Assembly: GCA_030390025.1 (NCBI GenBank)
Contig: CM059433.1
Location: 2,294,001-2,358,000 of the forward strand
Length of the DNA stretch: 64,000 nucleotides
Reading direction: 5' to 3'
Source of the DNA: Squalus acanthias
Taxonomy: Eukaryota
Shown: piece by piece, positions 47,635-62,134 of the stretch
How the letters are laid out: each line of letters opens with the position of its first letter
How positions within the stretch are numbered: position 1 is the first letter of the stretch
Notes under the pieces: generated by a model
The model's database searches: none
Seen by the model: only the letters and a program-made list of their open reading frames with translations
What the model was told of the DNA's origin: nothing
Made by a program: the position numbers and the translations under genes

Positions 47635-50600
47635 ATTGTCTTTGCTTGGAAGCAATGTCTCCCATCAGCCCTGCTTGCCTCCCCCACTGCATGGCCCAAT
47701 CAAATTTTTGTGCATGCGCGGTATCGCTGATGTGAAAGCCAGTGAGTGGCCTGCGCGGGACCTTGCAGAGGCCACGCAGCTTAACGGGAGCATTGCTTGG
47801 AAGGTCTCAGCACATCGAAATCTCCACAGATCCTGATCCTGTCAATACTGCTCTTGGTTAACTCACCAGCAGTCATCCCTGGCCAGTTTTTGTCCCTCCT
47901 TGGACTGCTTGATTAAGGCATTGGAGTGATGGGATGCTTAACTTTAGAACTGAAAAGTTGCAATAGAATTTATTTTTATTTAGTTAATTCAAAATCTAGC
48001 TTATAATGGAATAGGGTAAATGAAACTACTTTTCTTTTTAATTTTTATTTTCTATTACAATTTTTTTGTTTTTTAATAGGTGAAACTGCAATATTGTCGG
48101 TGCTTTCGCCTGTCGTTTTGTTTCAGTGTACTGCTGGATTGTAATATCGCCATAGACTGGCCAGGCACTGCAGTCTTCATGTACAATTGATACAGAGCCC
48201 ACTGCCGGTTGAAATAGTAACATGAACAATCCATGTACTGTGAAAGAGCAGAGCTTCATATCTGCTCGCAGTTACAGGCATTAGTAAGTGCACTAAATAC
48301 TGAGTGCATACTTGCCTATTGCTCTATTTTTATTATGCAAGGTGACTTGACTAGAACTGTGATAAATTTGACATTCAAATACTAGCCGAGCACTAATAGA
48401 ACCGTCATTCACTGTTTTCTGCACCGTCTGTTATTAAGCAGCATCACTGGTATGTCATTGGAACTATTGCCTTCCTCTCTAATCTGATTAAATCATTTGC
48501 CAAAGTGATAGAGCCAGAGCCCAGTGTTTACTGAACCACTGTCCCTTGCAGTGACGCAAAGCAAAAATAAAATTAAAGTTACATTAAACGGCTACATTAT
48601 CTTTCTGCCAGTGAAACTGATTTCATAGGAACATTGAAACAGGAGTAGGCCGTTGTGTGTGAAGAATATTATACAATGGACTGTTTGTGGAGGTGTCTAT
48701 GACCCAGTTCACTCCACCTGATCGTTCACTAAATTTTATGTATTGGGACTATGGAAAAGAAAATCAGACAGCGTGTAAAACGGGCTGCTGATTTACCAGT
48801 GCCCGCTTTGCACTGCTGCCCAAGACTAATTTCTACCCCAAAGTAGCCACATCAGACCGCCAGATAGAAAAATAGATAGAAAAATAGGAGCAGGAGTCGG
48901 CCATTCGGCCCTTCGAGCCTGCTCCGCCATTCAATATGATCATGGCTGATCCTCTATCTCAATACCATATTCCTGCTCTCTCCCCATACCCTTTGATGCC
49001 TTTTGTGTCTAGAAATCTATCTATCTCCTTCTTAAATATATGCCATGTCTATCTTAATATCAGCCAGAAAATGTATCTTCTAACTTTGTAGCTAGTGCTA
49101 AAAAGATTAGCAGCTTAATTAATAATCCTTTTCAACTGATCTAGGACCTGATTCTAATCGGCCCCCAATTGTTATAAGGCAGATCAATTTAAAAGATCTG
49201 GAATCCAGCATAAAGGCACTTTCTAGAATAATTCTCCTTCCAAGCAGACATCGTTGACTATTTGTATTGTTCAGTTAAACAAAATTAAATTCCAGTCACT
49301 GTTATTAGAACCTAGCCAGTACCAACTGATCTGTGATAAAGAAAACTGCCCTTGGGAAGTGACACACAAGACAAAAGATAAGACATTCATAATTAAACCC
49401 ATATTTTCCATTGGATCACAGTAAGGTTAAAGGTTATCAGTTAATCCAAATGTTAGTTTTAGGCCACCTTGTATTTCCTGTAAACAAATTTATTAAGTAA
49501 CTTGAACCCAGTGACTGTGTATTCATAACCAATTGCTGTTCGCTTGCACTGGCCTCACAGACTGAACATCTGCACAAACCAATTCTCTGTAAGCCATAAC
49601 ATTTCTACAGTTTAGTCAGAAAACGTGGAAACCTCAACAGTAGAAACCAAACCACAAAAGGGGGATGGGGAGAGAGTGGGAATATGGTATTGAGATAGAG
49701 GATCAGCCATGATCATATTGAATGGCGGAGCAGGCTCGAAGGGCCGAATGGCCGACCCCTGCTCCTATTTTTCTATGTTTCTAAACCCATTTTCTACTAC
49801 TTTTTTTTTCCTGATGGGACATTGTAGCCATCAGCTCAGCAGTGGGACTGGTCACTGATTTTATTGGTAGATTAAAGCATGGAGCAAAGAACTGGTGCCC
49901 TAGTGAGAGCCACTGGTCCATATGCCATGCAAACGTTTAGCCAAATCATCTAATTAGGCAGTTCAGATTTGCATAGCTAGTGAAATAGAACTCAAATTCC
50001 AATTCTCTAATTGGCTTCATTTTTTAATTAATCTTGTTTATACTCCTGCTTGGACACTGCAGAAAGCCCAGCATCACCTAGAATCCACCTTTCATTATTT
50101 CATATCTCGGTATGAACTGAGCAAAAGGAGTCTGGTATTGGAATTAAAAGACAGCACAACAAAAAAAACCACTGTGCATTTTCTGACCGCTGCTTCCTGC
50201 TTGTCTCACCATTATAACAAAGGCATTCCCGACAGCTCTTTGACATGCAGGGACAAGTACATGCAGCGAGCAAGGTGAATGTACTATTCAGTCTAGCAGT
50301 GTAGGTGCCTCACTCGAGCATGTTAGTCATAGAGGGGTTATAGATTCGACTTGGGCAATAACACAAAATGGGGGCTAGCGAATTAGCCGCCTGTTTACGG
50401 TCCGCCAGATTTTTGTTTAACATTTAAGTAATCGGGCGGCATGCGAAACCGGCTGCCGATTCCCTGTCGCCCATTTCGCTCTACTACCCACGATGAATGA
50501 ACACCCCAGACTCCCCACCACGCAAATCAACAGCTTGCATTTCTGTAGCACCTTTAATGTAGTAGAACCTCCCAAGCCGCTTCACAGGAGCGATTATCAG

Positions 50601-51182
50601 ACAAAATTCGACACCGAACCACAAGGAGATATTAGGACAGGTGTCTTAAAGGAGGAAAGAGAGGTGGAGAGCTTTGGGCCCAGGCAGCTGAAGGCACGGC
50701 CACCAATGGTTGAGCGATTAAAATCGGGGATGCGCAAGAGGCCAGAATTGGAGGAATGCAGATATCTCGGAGGCTGAAATCACAGTTCAGAGCATGAATT
50801 CTAGCACAAGATTCTCCGGCAGGAGTCGGTGTTTATACTGGTTTAAAAAAGGAATATTTAGCAATTTTCCCTGTAGGCTGTTACACTGGTATGACCTGTT
50901 CCTGATCAACTGTAAGACTTTGTTTAAAGGTGCTAACCCCAACTCCCTAATCCCACATGTTCTGTAAGATGATATACATGATGAGGTTTCAAGGAACTTT
51001 ATTTTTGTTAAATTCCAGCCAGCCTTTTACCCATAATATTAAGGAATGACAGAAAGAAAGTATGGAAATATATGTTTTTGTTTTCATGTGGCTATCTGGT
51101 TTGCTTCTCTTCTGCTTATTTATAAGGGATGGGCAATTTCACACAGGAGGTGAAAAGTTAAATATGATCCCTGAGAGACTAT

Positions 51183-51733
51183 GGGGTAGAAAGTAGGTGC
51201 TTTTCAGGCAAAGAACAGGGCTCCAAAGCACCAATTTCACGGTGCTGTCCCCCACGCCCCAAGGCTGCTGGTAGCCATTTAAATCAGGCATTAGGCCCTT
51301 TGTATATGTCAAGAAGGGCCTAATGCCGCCTTTTTAGATCCCCTCTGAGAAATTAGACTGCCGTGAGCGGTGCGGGTTTTCCGGGCGTGGATGTGGCTTA
51401 GTATATGGCCACCATCAAAAAGATTGAGTGAGTGCTCAGGAAGCAGGTCCAAAGCACTCCCGAGGACCACTGCTGACCCATGATCAGTATCTCTTTTCTT
51501 TCCCCCCACCCCCCGGGACATACCCGAGGGTCGCTGCTGGCAAGGCAAGTGGCCCAAAATTCATCTGCTTCAAATAGGCAAGCCGCCTCTTGTGGCCGGC
51601 AGGCGCCAGCAGCTCGCCTAAATTATTGGAATGAGGCCTAAAAGCTCAATTTTGAGCCAGCCTCAGGCCTCCTGGTTGTGGTGTGCGCCATCGGTTATGG
51701 ACCCGAAAATGGGCCGTAACCAAATTCCAGTCC
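51183..51733. mobile_element. Degenerate Harbinger-type MITE
   Basis: GGGGTAGAAAGT start, AAATTCCAGTCC end, GC-rich interior in AT-rich flanks. Confidence 0.5.
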
Positions 51734-54700
51734 TGCGCGAGTAAAAAGCTACAATATTTCAATATAATGTACTGAAAAAAATCAGATTTGACATTCAAAT
51801 TCCTGAACACACTAAATATTGTTAGGCCAAAGAAAAAGGACTATCTTGTTTAATTCTTCCTGAATACAGGTATTGAAAAATAAATAGTTGCCGTATATGA
51901 AACGTGAGGTCTGGTTCCAGTTTAGTGCACCAAGTTAATTAGATTCCAAGATAGAAGGCTTGTATATGTGAACATAAAACCATAAGTAGCTAATACCTCA
52001 CTTAGTGTAAAATCCACATCCGCACTGCCCGAAGCTGTTACCTCCCTAGGAATTGCTTATGGAACCAGAAGGAAAAATAATTACAATTTCCAAGCCAGTT
52101 CCAAATGTATTTCAACTGAACGTAATAGAACTACAATATTTTGCTGGTGCATTTTGTGCTTGGATCAGGACTTTTATACCATGGAGTGGTGCATTGGAGC
52201 TTTTGGCCTGGATCAGAGTAATGCTGAGATCAGGTATGTGTTTACATAGATTCCACTATTCCAAATGTAAAATGTTGCTCCTTTTAATATTTTCGGACCA
52301 GTAATCAACAGATTAACCGTTTGAGAACCAGAGTAGCATTTCTGAATTTGTTTGGTGATGCCTTCTAGCACAGCTTTAGTTGTACAGAGTGCCTTTCATA
52401 TCTTGCATTGCCTGAGGAAGATGTGCATATTTTGCGGGTTGCTGGTTCACTGTCAAAGAGTTAGCATCAGAAGGGACATTTCTGCTCAAATTCTTGTGAA
52501 GGTGGTGCTGCTCGTTATTTTTTATTATTTCAAATTTCAAATTGGCAGAGGAAATAGATTAGAACCCTGATCTTCCTGTGTCTTTTCACCGGCACGCCAT
52601 CATAACCAAGATGGGCAGACCAAGGAAAATTGGAATGGTGAGCTGATCTGCCAGCACCCTGCCACCCTCTATCACTTCTCCTGGCAGAAGTGGTGTCAGG
52701 TGTATAATACGTCTACCCAGGTATGTGAGGGTGTGTTGGCATAGGTCGCGGATGGCATCATGTGACATATTTCCCATCGTTAGTACCTTGGCTGGGTGCC
52801 AAGACCGCTGGTGTGTCCCATGCATCCGGAGTTACTGTGTGCTGCGGAGTAGGGGAAAGTAGAATCTAAACGGCCACTTGACTAAGAGCAGAAATTTTAA
52901 AATCATCAAAGCGCTTTTAACTTTTTTTTTTAACCTTCAGCTGGTACCATTCCCCACACTACAATGTGGCAAGACATTACAACAATGGAGTCCAAAACTA
53001 GGGGTCATATATATAGGATAGTCACGAATAAATCCAATAAGGAAATCAGGAGACACTTCTTTACCCAGAGAGTGGTTAGTCTGTGGAACTTGCTACCATA
53101 TGGGAGTAGTTGAGGCGAATAGCAGGGATGCATTGAAGGGGAAGCTAGATAAGTACGTGAGGGAGAAAGGAATAGGAGGATATGCTGATAGGGTGAGATG
53201 AAGTAGAGGAGGAAGGGGCTCATGTAGAGCATAAATACCAGCATAGACCAGTCTCTGTACTGTCAATTCTGTGTCATTTTACGTAACCATCACCTTCCCC
53301 CACCCCCCCCCACATCTAACAAGGGTGAGACAATGGCACAGTAAACGGCCTTGGCCCTGCCTTCAATATAAAAATGGGCGTTGCTGGGGTCTGTCACTAC
53401 TGCGGTAAAAAGGAAAATTGACCCCTAAATTTTAATGCTTTTAATTTGATGTCAAAAAGATGATTGCCAACTTTTTCCTTGTCCACTAAAGATGTTACGA
53501 ACACAATTTATGAATAGCGTATTTACTAAGAGCACTGCATACTACATGGACTTGGTCTAAGTTTTATTGCAAATGGGGCGCACACACATAAGCAACCAAC
53601 GCATTCACGTGCCTACTCAAAATATAGCATTGGAAGGTAATTCCCAATAATTCAGCAAGATTCACTTTTTAAGATTTCTTCATCACAGAAGAATGTTCTT
53701 TGTAAATGGCCTATCTTCATTTTCTTCTTGATTGTGCTTTCTTCTCTAATATGCAACCATTGGTAAGTCACTTTTTAAATTGGAAAAAGCCTAAAATGTA
53801 GTATTAAATTAGCCTGGTTATAAAAGTGAGCTCCACTGGGAGCTGTCATTACACAATGACATTCTTAATAAGTAACTCATTTACGCTGGAATCCTTTGAC
53901 ATTTAATAAATGTTACCCTAAGTGGGATTTCACACAATTGATCTTAAATGGGCTCTTATGTATAATTAAAAATCACGTCCCTGTGAATTGCATTGTAGCG
54001 AGCCTCTAAAATTGCTTATGGTGTCATGGTCAATGATCAATGTGGGGGAACAAAAATCAACTTTTTATCCTCCCTGGATTAATCCTCCAGGCATTTTACC
54101 CACTTTGCCCGGCCTCCGTTCTCTCCCTGGCCCCTCATTTCTCCCAGCCAGACCCACCCTGAATACGTGAGCTTTGGCTGGAACTTGACTCTGAATGCAG
54201 CCATCCTCCCCAGTCCTGCTCTGCTCTGAAGGAAGTTGGACAGTAGATATTTTCTATGTTATGATCACATTTATATTCTCAGTGACTGAGCTTAGGTAGC
54301 TGTAATATCACTTTCAAGCTTGCAATTTTTAATATTGATTTGTTGGGTATTTATGTATTAATTTATCATTATGAAATTTTTCTATTCATTATATAAAGAA
54401 AAATATTCTGTCCATGGTGTTCCATAGATCTGACTGATCTGAACTAACATTTGTGACTATTAATGCATTTTCACTCACATGGTCAGCAGGGACCAGTCCA
54501 CCCTTGCCAGTCCATTATTGCTTTGCAACTAAGCCTCAGCCCCAGGCAATTAATCCCTGTTGTTTCTTCTTGTGTCCAGACCTGAGCCTTGTACTCTGTT
54601 CGAACTCAACTTTAAGGTATCAGCCTTGGCTCGGTGGTAGTGCTCTCGCTTCTCGCGCTCTCTCTTTTTCGCGCGCTCTCGCTTTCTTTTTCTCTCTTTC

Positions 54701-54996
54701 TCTCTTCCCCCCCCCTCCCCCCATATTTTGCATGGCAACAAGATAATTTTTGCAGCAATCCCTGATTTGGAGCCCAATCTGTCCCCAGGTCTCAATGATA
54801 CGTGAAAAGAAAGAGTGTGAGAGACATGCAGAAAAAAGAAACAGACATACTGAGTGCCAAACATACTAAATGAAAAAGAGAAAGAAAGGTATACAGAGAG
54901 AGAGAGACAATTTAAAATAAAAAGTCTAAATTTATGGGCTCAAAAGGGGTGCAACAACAACCAGTTTAGCAGTGTGGAGGCCAGCGCCTGATCTAG

Positions 54997-55525
54997 TCTC
55001 AGCCGTGGCTCAGTTGGTAGCACACTCGCCTCTGAGTCAGAAGGTTGTGGGTTCAAGTCCCACTCCAGAGACTTGAGCACAGAAATCTAGGCTGACACTC
55101 CAGTGCAGTACTGAGGGAATGCTGCACTGTGGGAGGGGCACTGTGGGAGGGGCAGTACTGAGGGAATGCTGCACTGTGGGAGGGGCAGTACTGAGGGCGT
55201 GCTGCACTGTCGGAGGTGCCGTCTTTCAGATGAGACGTTAAAACCGAGGCCCCGTCTGCGCTCTCAGGTGGACGCAAAAGATCCGTTGGTACTATTTTGA
55301 AGAAGAGCAGGGGAGTTATCCCCAGTGTCTTGGCCAATATTTATCACTAAAACAGATTATCTGGTCATGATCTCATTGCTGTTTGTCGGAGCTTGCTGTG
55401 CGCAAATTGGCTGCCACATTTCCTGCATTACAACAGTGACCACACTTCAAAAAGTACTTCATTGGCTGTAAAACGCTTTGGGACATCCTGAGGTTGTGAA
55501 AGGTGCTATATAAATGCAAGTCTCT
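54997..55525 (+). mobile_element. Full-length tRNA-derived Deu-domain SINE with L2-like tail
   Basis: A box TGGCTCAGTTGG, B box GGTTCAAGTCC, core GTCTTTCAGATGAGACGTTAAAACCGAGG, tail GCTATATAAATGCAAGT; internal tandem duplication. Confidence 0.85.
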
Positions 55526-56769
55526 CTTCTTTATCTACACGGGAGTTCGAGCCACTGCTAAATTCGTTGGGTCCTTTCTTTTTAGGCAGCAATAGATGTC
55601 TCCTGAAATTAATGCAGTCCTCAATTCAATACTGAAATGAGGCCACTGCGTTCAATCAACTCCTGAATTTGTTTCCACTAACCGTAGCTTGTGGTTATGC
55701 AAACTTCAACTGGCATTTCCAGATCTTGAGGCACCTAACCAGTGTGCTTTTTTAAAAAAAGTCCAAAAACTTTGACCATGTTTAATATTTTGTGGAGTTG
55801 GAATCCTCCTCCTGGCTTGACAAAATAACTCTGGTTTGCTACCAGCCTGCCCTCGCTCCCCCGGACCTAGTTTCGCGCAGGCCAAAATTCGTAAGACTTC
55901 GACATGGGAGCTGTGCCAGGGTGTCTCGTTGGTGCCTGCAGCTTGCCTGGTTCATTCTGATGAGGCACGAGGATGAATTTACTTCGGTCCCTGGGCCTCT
56001 CCGTTCAGGTGCACCGTTGCTGAGGCTGCCAGAATCGCGCCCAGTTTGAGGCACGAAGGAACTCTGTCCACGAGCAACCCTACTGGAGATCAACGAGGGT
56101 AGATTTTCCAATTGGTGAAGTTCAGCTATGTATACTTAAAGCTAAGGTAAAATAAATGGGTTCATGCCTACCTAAAAAAAATAACGCACATGCAGTATGA
56201 GCATGATTTTCATTGATTGTAAAATATACTGTAGTATTTAAAATATGTAACCATTAACAAAATCTCGATTAAGCAAAGTAAACAAAGGTTTCTGTGCCTT
56301 GAAATACCGTAGTCTCCCAGCGGAAAACCTCCCTTTTCTGATTTACAATATCCAAATGGACTTTTGCTTCTGTTTGTTCTCTTGGGTAGTTGCGATTTGA
56401 AGGTCTGAACAAGTGTCGATATTTCATGAAGCTTCTCTCTGATTAAATAGTTGCAGAGTATAAACTACAAAGTTAAACATTAATTATGATAACTTAAACA
56501 ATAGTTGTTGGGAAGTATGTGGATGCTTCATTTGGATACAAAGGTGAGCTAAATGATTGTGGTTTACCCCTTGGAGTGATCAGTTGCTTTTGAAATAGAC
56601 TGTTCTAATTCACTGGGGTGATTTATCTGAATTTGTAAAATATTTTTCTACAGTGGAGAGTGTTTCAGAAACCAGTTCCATTTGATTTGTACTCTGTTCT
56701 TAAAGGAGCAATGCTGTCTTGCAAGGCAGTTGTTTTCATTTATAAACACTGGGAGTTATTTTGACTCTC

Positions 56770-58805
56770 CCGGGAGAGATGGATACTGGGCGGTGAATCG
56801 GGAGAGATGGATACTGGGCGGGTGAATCGGGAGAGATGGATACTGGGCGGTGAATCGGGAGAGATGGATACTGGGCGGATGAATGGGGAGAGATGGATAC
56901 TGGGCGGTGAATCGGGAGAGATGGATACTGGGCGGGTGAATGGGGAGAGATGGATACTGGGCGGTGGATCGGGAGAGATGGATACTGGGCGGTGAATCGG
57001 GAGAGATGGATACTGGGCGGTGAATCGGGAGAGATGGATACTGGGCGGTGGATCGGGAGAGATGGATACTGGAGAGATGGATACTGGGCGGGTGAATCGG
57101 GAGAGATGGAGACTGGGCGGATGAATGGGGAGAGATGGATACTGGGCGGGTGAATCGGGAGAGATGGAGACTGGGCGGGTGAATCGGGAGAGATGGAGAC
57201 TGGGCGGGTGAATCGGGAGAGATAGATACTGGGCGGATGAATGGGGAGAGATGGATACTGGGCGGGTGAATCGGGAGAGATGGAGACTGGGCGGGTGAAT
57301 CGGGAGAGATGGAGACTGGGCGGGTGAATCGGGAGAGATGGATACTGGGCGGTGAATCGGGAGAGATGGATACTGGGCGGTGAATCGGGAGAGATGGATA
57401 CTGGGCGGATGAATGGGGAGAGATGGATACTGGGCGGTGAATCGGGAGAGATGGATACTGGGCAGGTGAATGGGGAGAGATGGATACTGGGCGGTGGATC
57501 GGAAGAGATGGATACTGGGCGGTGAATTGGGAGAGATGGATACTGGGCGAGTGGATCGGGAGAGATGGATACTGGGCGAGTGGATCGGGAGAGATGGATA
57601 CTGGGCGGTGAATCGGGAGAGATGGATACTGGGCGGGTGAATCGGGAGAGATGGAGACTGGGCGGGTGAATCGGGAGAGATGGAGACTGGGCGGTGAATC
57701 GGGAGAGATGGATACTGGGCGGATGAATGGGGAGAGATGGATACTGGGCGGGTGAATCGGGAGAGATGGAGACTGGGCGGATGAATGGGGAGAGATGGAT
57801 ACTGGGCGGGTGAATCGGGAGAGATGGAGACTGGGCGGGTGAATCGGGAGAGATGGAGACTGGGCGGGTGAATCGGGAGAGATGGATACTGGGCGGATGA
57901 ATGGGGAGAGATGGATACTGGGCGGGTGAATCGGGAGAGATGGAGACTGGGCGGGTGAATCGGGAGAGATGGAGACTGGGCGGGTGAATCGGGAGAGATG
58001 GATACTGGGCGGTGAATCGGGAGAGATGGATACTGGGCGGTGAATCGGGAGAGATGGATACTGGGCGGATGAATGGGGAGAGATGGATACTGGGCGGTGA
58101 ATCGGGAGCGTGAATCGGATGGAGAGATGGATACTGGGCGGTGAATCGGGAGAGATGGATACTGGGCGAGTGGATCGGGAGAGATGGATACTGGGCGAGT
58201 GGATCGGGAGAGATGGATACTGGGCGGTGAATCGGGAGAGATGGATACTGGGCGGGTGAATCGGGAGAGATGGATACTGGGCGAGTGGATCGGGAGAGAT
58301 GGATACTGGGCGGTAAATCGGGAGAGATGGATACTGGGCGGTGAATCGGGAGAGATGGATACTGGGCGGTGAATCGGGAGAGATGGATACTGGGCAGTGG
58401 ATCGGGAGAGATGGATACTGGGCGGGTGGATCGGGAGAGGTGGATACTGGGCGGTGAATCGGGAGAGATGGATACTGGGCGGGTGAATCGGGAGAGATGG
58501 ATACTGGGCGGGTGGATCGGGAGAGATGGATACTGGGCGGGTGGATCGGGAGAGATGGATACTGGGTGGGTGGATCGGGAGAGATGGATACTGGGCGGGT
58601 GGATCGGGAGAGATGGATACTGGGCGGGTGAATCGGGAGAGATGGATACTGGGCGGGTGAATGGGGAGAGATGGATACTGGGCGGGTGATTCGGGAGAGA
58701 TGGATACTGGGCGGTAAATCGGGAGAGATGGATACTGGGCGGTAAATCGGGAGAGATGGATACTGGGCGGTAAATCGGGAGAGATGGATACTGGGCGGTG
58801 AATCG
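56770..58805. repeat. G-rich minisatellite, 28/29-bp unit GGGAGAGATGGATACTGGGCGG(G)TGAATC, about 70 copies
   Basis: Direct tandem repetition with few variant positions. Confidence 0.97.
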
Positions 58806-59263
58806 ATATCATCTGTTTTACACCATCGTCCAAAGTCAAAAGTGCGCGATAATTCTATCAAGCCCTATTACACTATTACACGTATGAGAGAAAGAGTATT
58901 GCAACATTTCTTTACGTTCTGGGCGATTGACAGTGTTATGGCTCGAGTTGAACTGTAGAAAGCCAATATGACAGCACTGTTGGCAGATGAAAGATTTTTT
59001 AATTAAAGCTAATAGTCAACTCTCTCTGACAGAGCACAAGATAAATACAGATGAGGAAGGCCATTCAGCCCATTTTAGCTAATCCATCTTTTCAACAAAA
59101 AAAAAGCCCACAGTCTCCCCATCATTTTATCCAGCTGTCTTAAATGACTCCAGGGTTTTCAACCTCCACTACACTCTCCAAAAATACATTCTAATTGTAA
59201 ATCACTCATTACATGGAAAAGAACTTCCTGATATCAACCCTAAATGTACATTTAGAACATAAT

Positions 59264-60008
59264 GGCCCAGAAATTAAACACGGAGCGTTCCTGCGGGGGG
59301 TAAGGCTTCCCCGCGATATCTCACTGCGCGCCTACCTTTTCCCTCCGGGCCCACACGAACTTTAGTTTCAAGGCTGCAGCTGTGCAGTGCTTGCGTGACC
59401 CAGAGACGCAGTTAGTTTGTGCGAGCTCTGGGATCACGTGATTCAGTTAGAGCCAATGGCAGCACACCATCTTTCATTCATAGTTTTGACAGGAAGACCT
59501 GTCAAAGCTATGAATCTATACCCCCCCAAAAGAACAGCTAAACCTCAATTAAATTTTAAAAAAAAGCCATCACATTAATAAAATAACTATAGTTAAATAA
59601 ATTAACCACTTTAAACAAAGAATTAAATTTTTGAAAAAATTTAAAATCTTTTTAAAAGTTATAAAAATAAACTTACCTTTCTTTAAAGTCTCTAAAAAAG
59701 ATAAAGCTGTTGAAAATTTTTTAAAATAATACTTAATTAACTACTTACCTTGTTAAAAGAGGGTCTTGCGCCTCCTTTCTTTATGTGCAAAATCCTCCAT
59801 GCTTACCTGCGCGTTCAAAGCACTAAGTGCACTGCGTGCGCACAGCCTGTAGCGCGCACGCGGTTCACTTAGGAACCGCCCCCTTTTGAGTTCACGAAGT
59901 GCCGGTTTCCCGCGCATGCGCAGTGCATGCTGGAAACCGGCAATTGGAGACCTAAAATGCGAGAGTACACAGTGCGTACTCTCGCGTATTAGGTCTAATT
60001 TTCGGGCC
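59264..60008. mobile_element. MITE family M2 copy 2 (inverted relative to copy 1)
   Basis: GGCCCAGAAATTA / TAATTTTCGGGCC termini, AAT duplicated. Confidence 0.88.
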
Positions 60009-60809
60009 AATAAATAGAGCAGAAGAAATAGGTGCAGGAATAGGCCACATGGCCCCTCGAGCCTGCTCCGCCAGTTTGAACCTGTGTCCCCCTCTCCTTT
60101 CATGGCATAAACTTTGAAGTACTGCTCCAAATTTATCTCTTCAATACTGTGTAATACATTATATAGGGTCTCCTCGCAGTTACCTCATTCCAAGGGTCTC
60201 GCGTCAAAAGTTTTACCAATCACTCTTCATAATTCAAGCTTTTCGACACTAGGGGAGCAATTTTGCTCTCTTCCACCCCATTTTTCAGCAGGAGTGGGGC
60301 AATAGCCAGACCAAAATCAAAATGGAAAACTTACTGCTGCCTTCAAGCTCGCTCCCATTTTGGTCCAGGCCTTGACATAGGCAACCAAAGCTCCTGGCGG
60401 AAACAGGACCCCGGAGAAAACTTGAGGGGTAAATGAGCCGCAGTGCGCAAGCCCTGCTCAACACGGCTTGGCCAAACCAGCATCCCTTGAAGGGACCTCT
60501 GGAGGCTGCTGGAAAAAAACAACTGGTGTTACACACTTTTTTTGGAATGCTTTTTGGGGCCAGGGTAAGCATAATAGCTGGATCTCCGACGAGAAGGGTA
60601 GGATTTTAAAAAACATATTTAAATGTGGACCTCCTTATGAAGCAAGCTGCTGGGGGAGCCACAAAGGGTTTTGCCGGAAGGTGACTCGACACCTCTCCAC
60701 ATCTGGCAAGTTTTGCTGGAATCTCCAGCTTGTGGGGGTAGCAGGGTGCCCATGTGGTGTGGGTGCCTGCCAGTGGGATGGTAGTGAACTCTGGTGAGGT
60801 CAGTGGTAG

Positions 60810-61280
60810 CATAAGAAATAGGAGCAGGAGTCGGCCATTCGGCCCCTCGAGCCTGCTCCGCCATTCAATAAGATCATGGCTGATCTTCGACCTCCTCGCC
60901 ACTTTCCTGACCTATCCCCATATCCCTTGATTCCCTTAATATTCAAAAATCTATCGATCTCTGTCTTGAATATACTCAACGACTGAGCCTCCACAGCCCT
61001 CTGGGGTAGAAAATTCCAAAGATTCATCACCCTCTGAGTGAAGAAATTTCTCCTCATCTCAGTCCGAAATGGTCGACCCCTTATTCTGAGACTGTGACCC
61101 CTGGTTCTAGACTCCCCAGCCAGGGGAAACATCCTCCCTGCATCTACCCTGTCAAGCCCTGTAAGAATTTTGTATGTTTCAATGAGATCACCTCTCATTC
61201 TTCTAAACTCCAGAGAGTATAGGCCGAGTCTACTCAATCTCTCCTCATGGGACAATCCCCCCAATCCCAGGAACCAATGC
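60810..61280 (-). mobile_element. CR1 3' fragment
   Basis: Open EERLSRLGLYSLEFRRMRGDLIETYKIL...WNFLP and tail. Confidence 0.9.
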
Positions 61281-62134
61281 ATCCCTAGCATTCTTTAAAT
61301 TTTACCCTTGGCTAATTGTACACTGTTTATAGTATGTGTGTATGTCACCTTTTATTTTTCTTTCGATGTACAATACCTTCGACTTACTCCCACTGTTCTG
61401 CCGAATTACAGATTTGATCTAACTCCTTTTGATGGCCAAAGGTTGCATTTTGCTCCGAGCTTTGCAGAAAGTGTGGTTCAGGCATGTTTTACATGTTCGA
61501 AGTTGCACAGTGCCTATTAAAAGCATTCTTTCACATTGTATCAGTTTGCACAGATTCCTGACTACAATTCCCTTCTGTAACAGCTCTTTGGCTTAAAAAC
61601 TATTTTCAAGCAAAATATATGTCTAGTACATTTTTGAAATTCAAACATGCCATTTAAGTTTAACTTTATGCTGTGGTGTGATGTTTACTCACACATAATT
61701 AAACATAACTCCATGCAGCCATTAATGCTATGTCTGGCATCAGTTGAACTGATGTGCTAGCTCCCAATGCCCAGTCTGCACCTAATGTACCTCGCAGACC
61801 CCCATTGTGGCTGGCCAGTGCACATAGCATACTAGAAACCTGTATATTAAAGCTGTAAATGATCTGGGTATTTAGGAGGCCTCTCCATAATGCAATTGAA
61901 GTGCCTGAGGAGTACTCGAGATGCACACTGCATATTTGGGATGCATGCTAAGGGGAGGCCAGCATGAAAAATACATTGATTAGCCCCAGTGTGGCCCTCT
62001 ATTTCCAATAGACACTGCCTTTTCCTTCAGCCTGCAGTTCTTCACTGGCAGCTGATGTGCAGTGTACTGCCTCCGCACCCTTGTGGCACTCCCAGTGCTT
62101 TAAATTATGTAAATGGCTGGCTGGCTGGCTGTCT

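Noticed and set aside
54997..55075. tRNA gene (also 14660-14750)
   Set aside because: A and B boxes present, but they run directly into retroelement bodies without a convincing cloverleaf or terminator.
52900..56700. Conserved enhancers or exons of neighbouring genes downstream of LRATD1
   Set aside because: No recognisable coding exons; conservation cannot be judged without alignments.
56770..58805. CRISPR-like array (28-29-bp repeats)
   Set aside because: No unique spacers, no cas genes, eukaryotic context.
56740..58861. 699-aa and 701-aa Pro/Ser-rich ORFs
   Set aside because: By-product of a largely stop-free minisatellite strand; several frames are open with the same repeated peptide.
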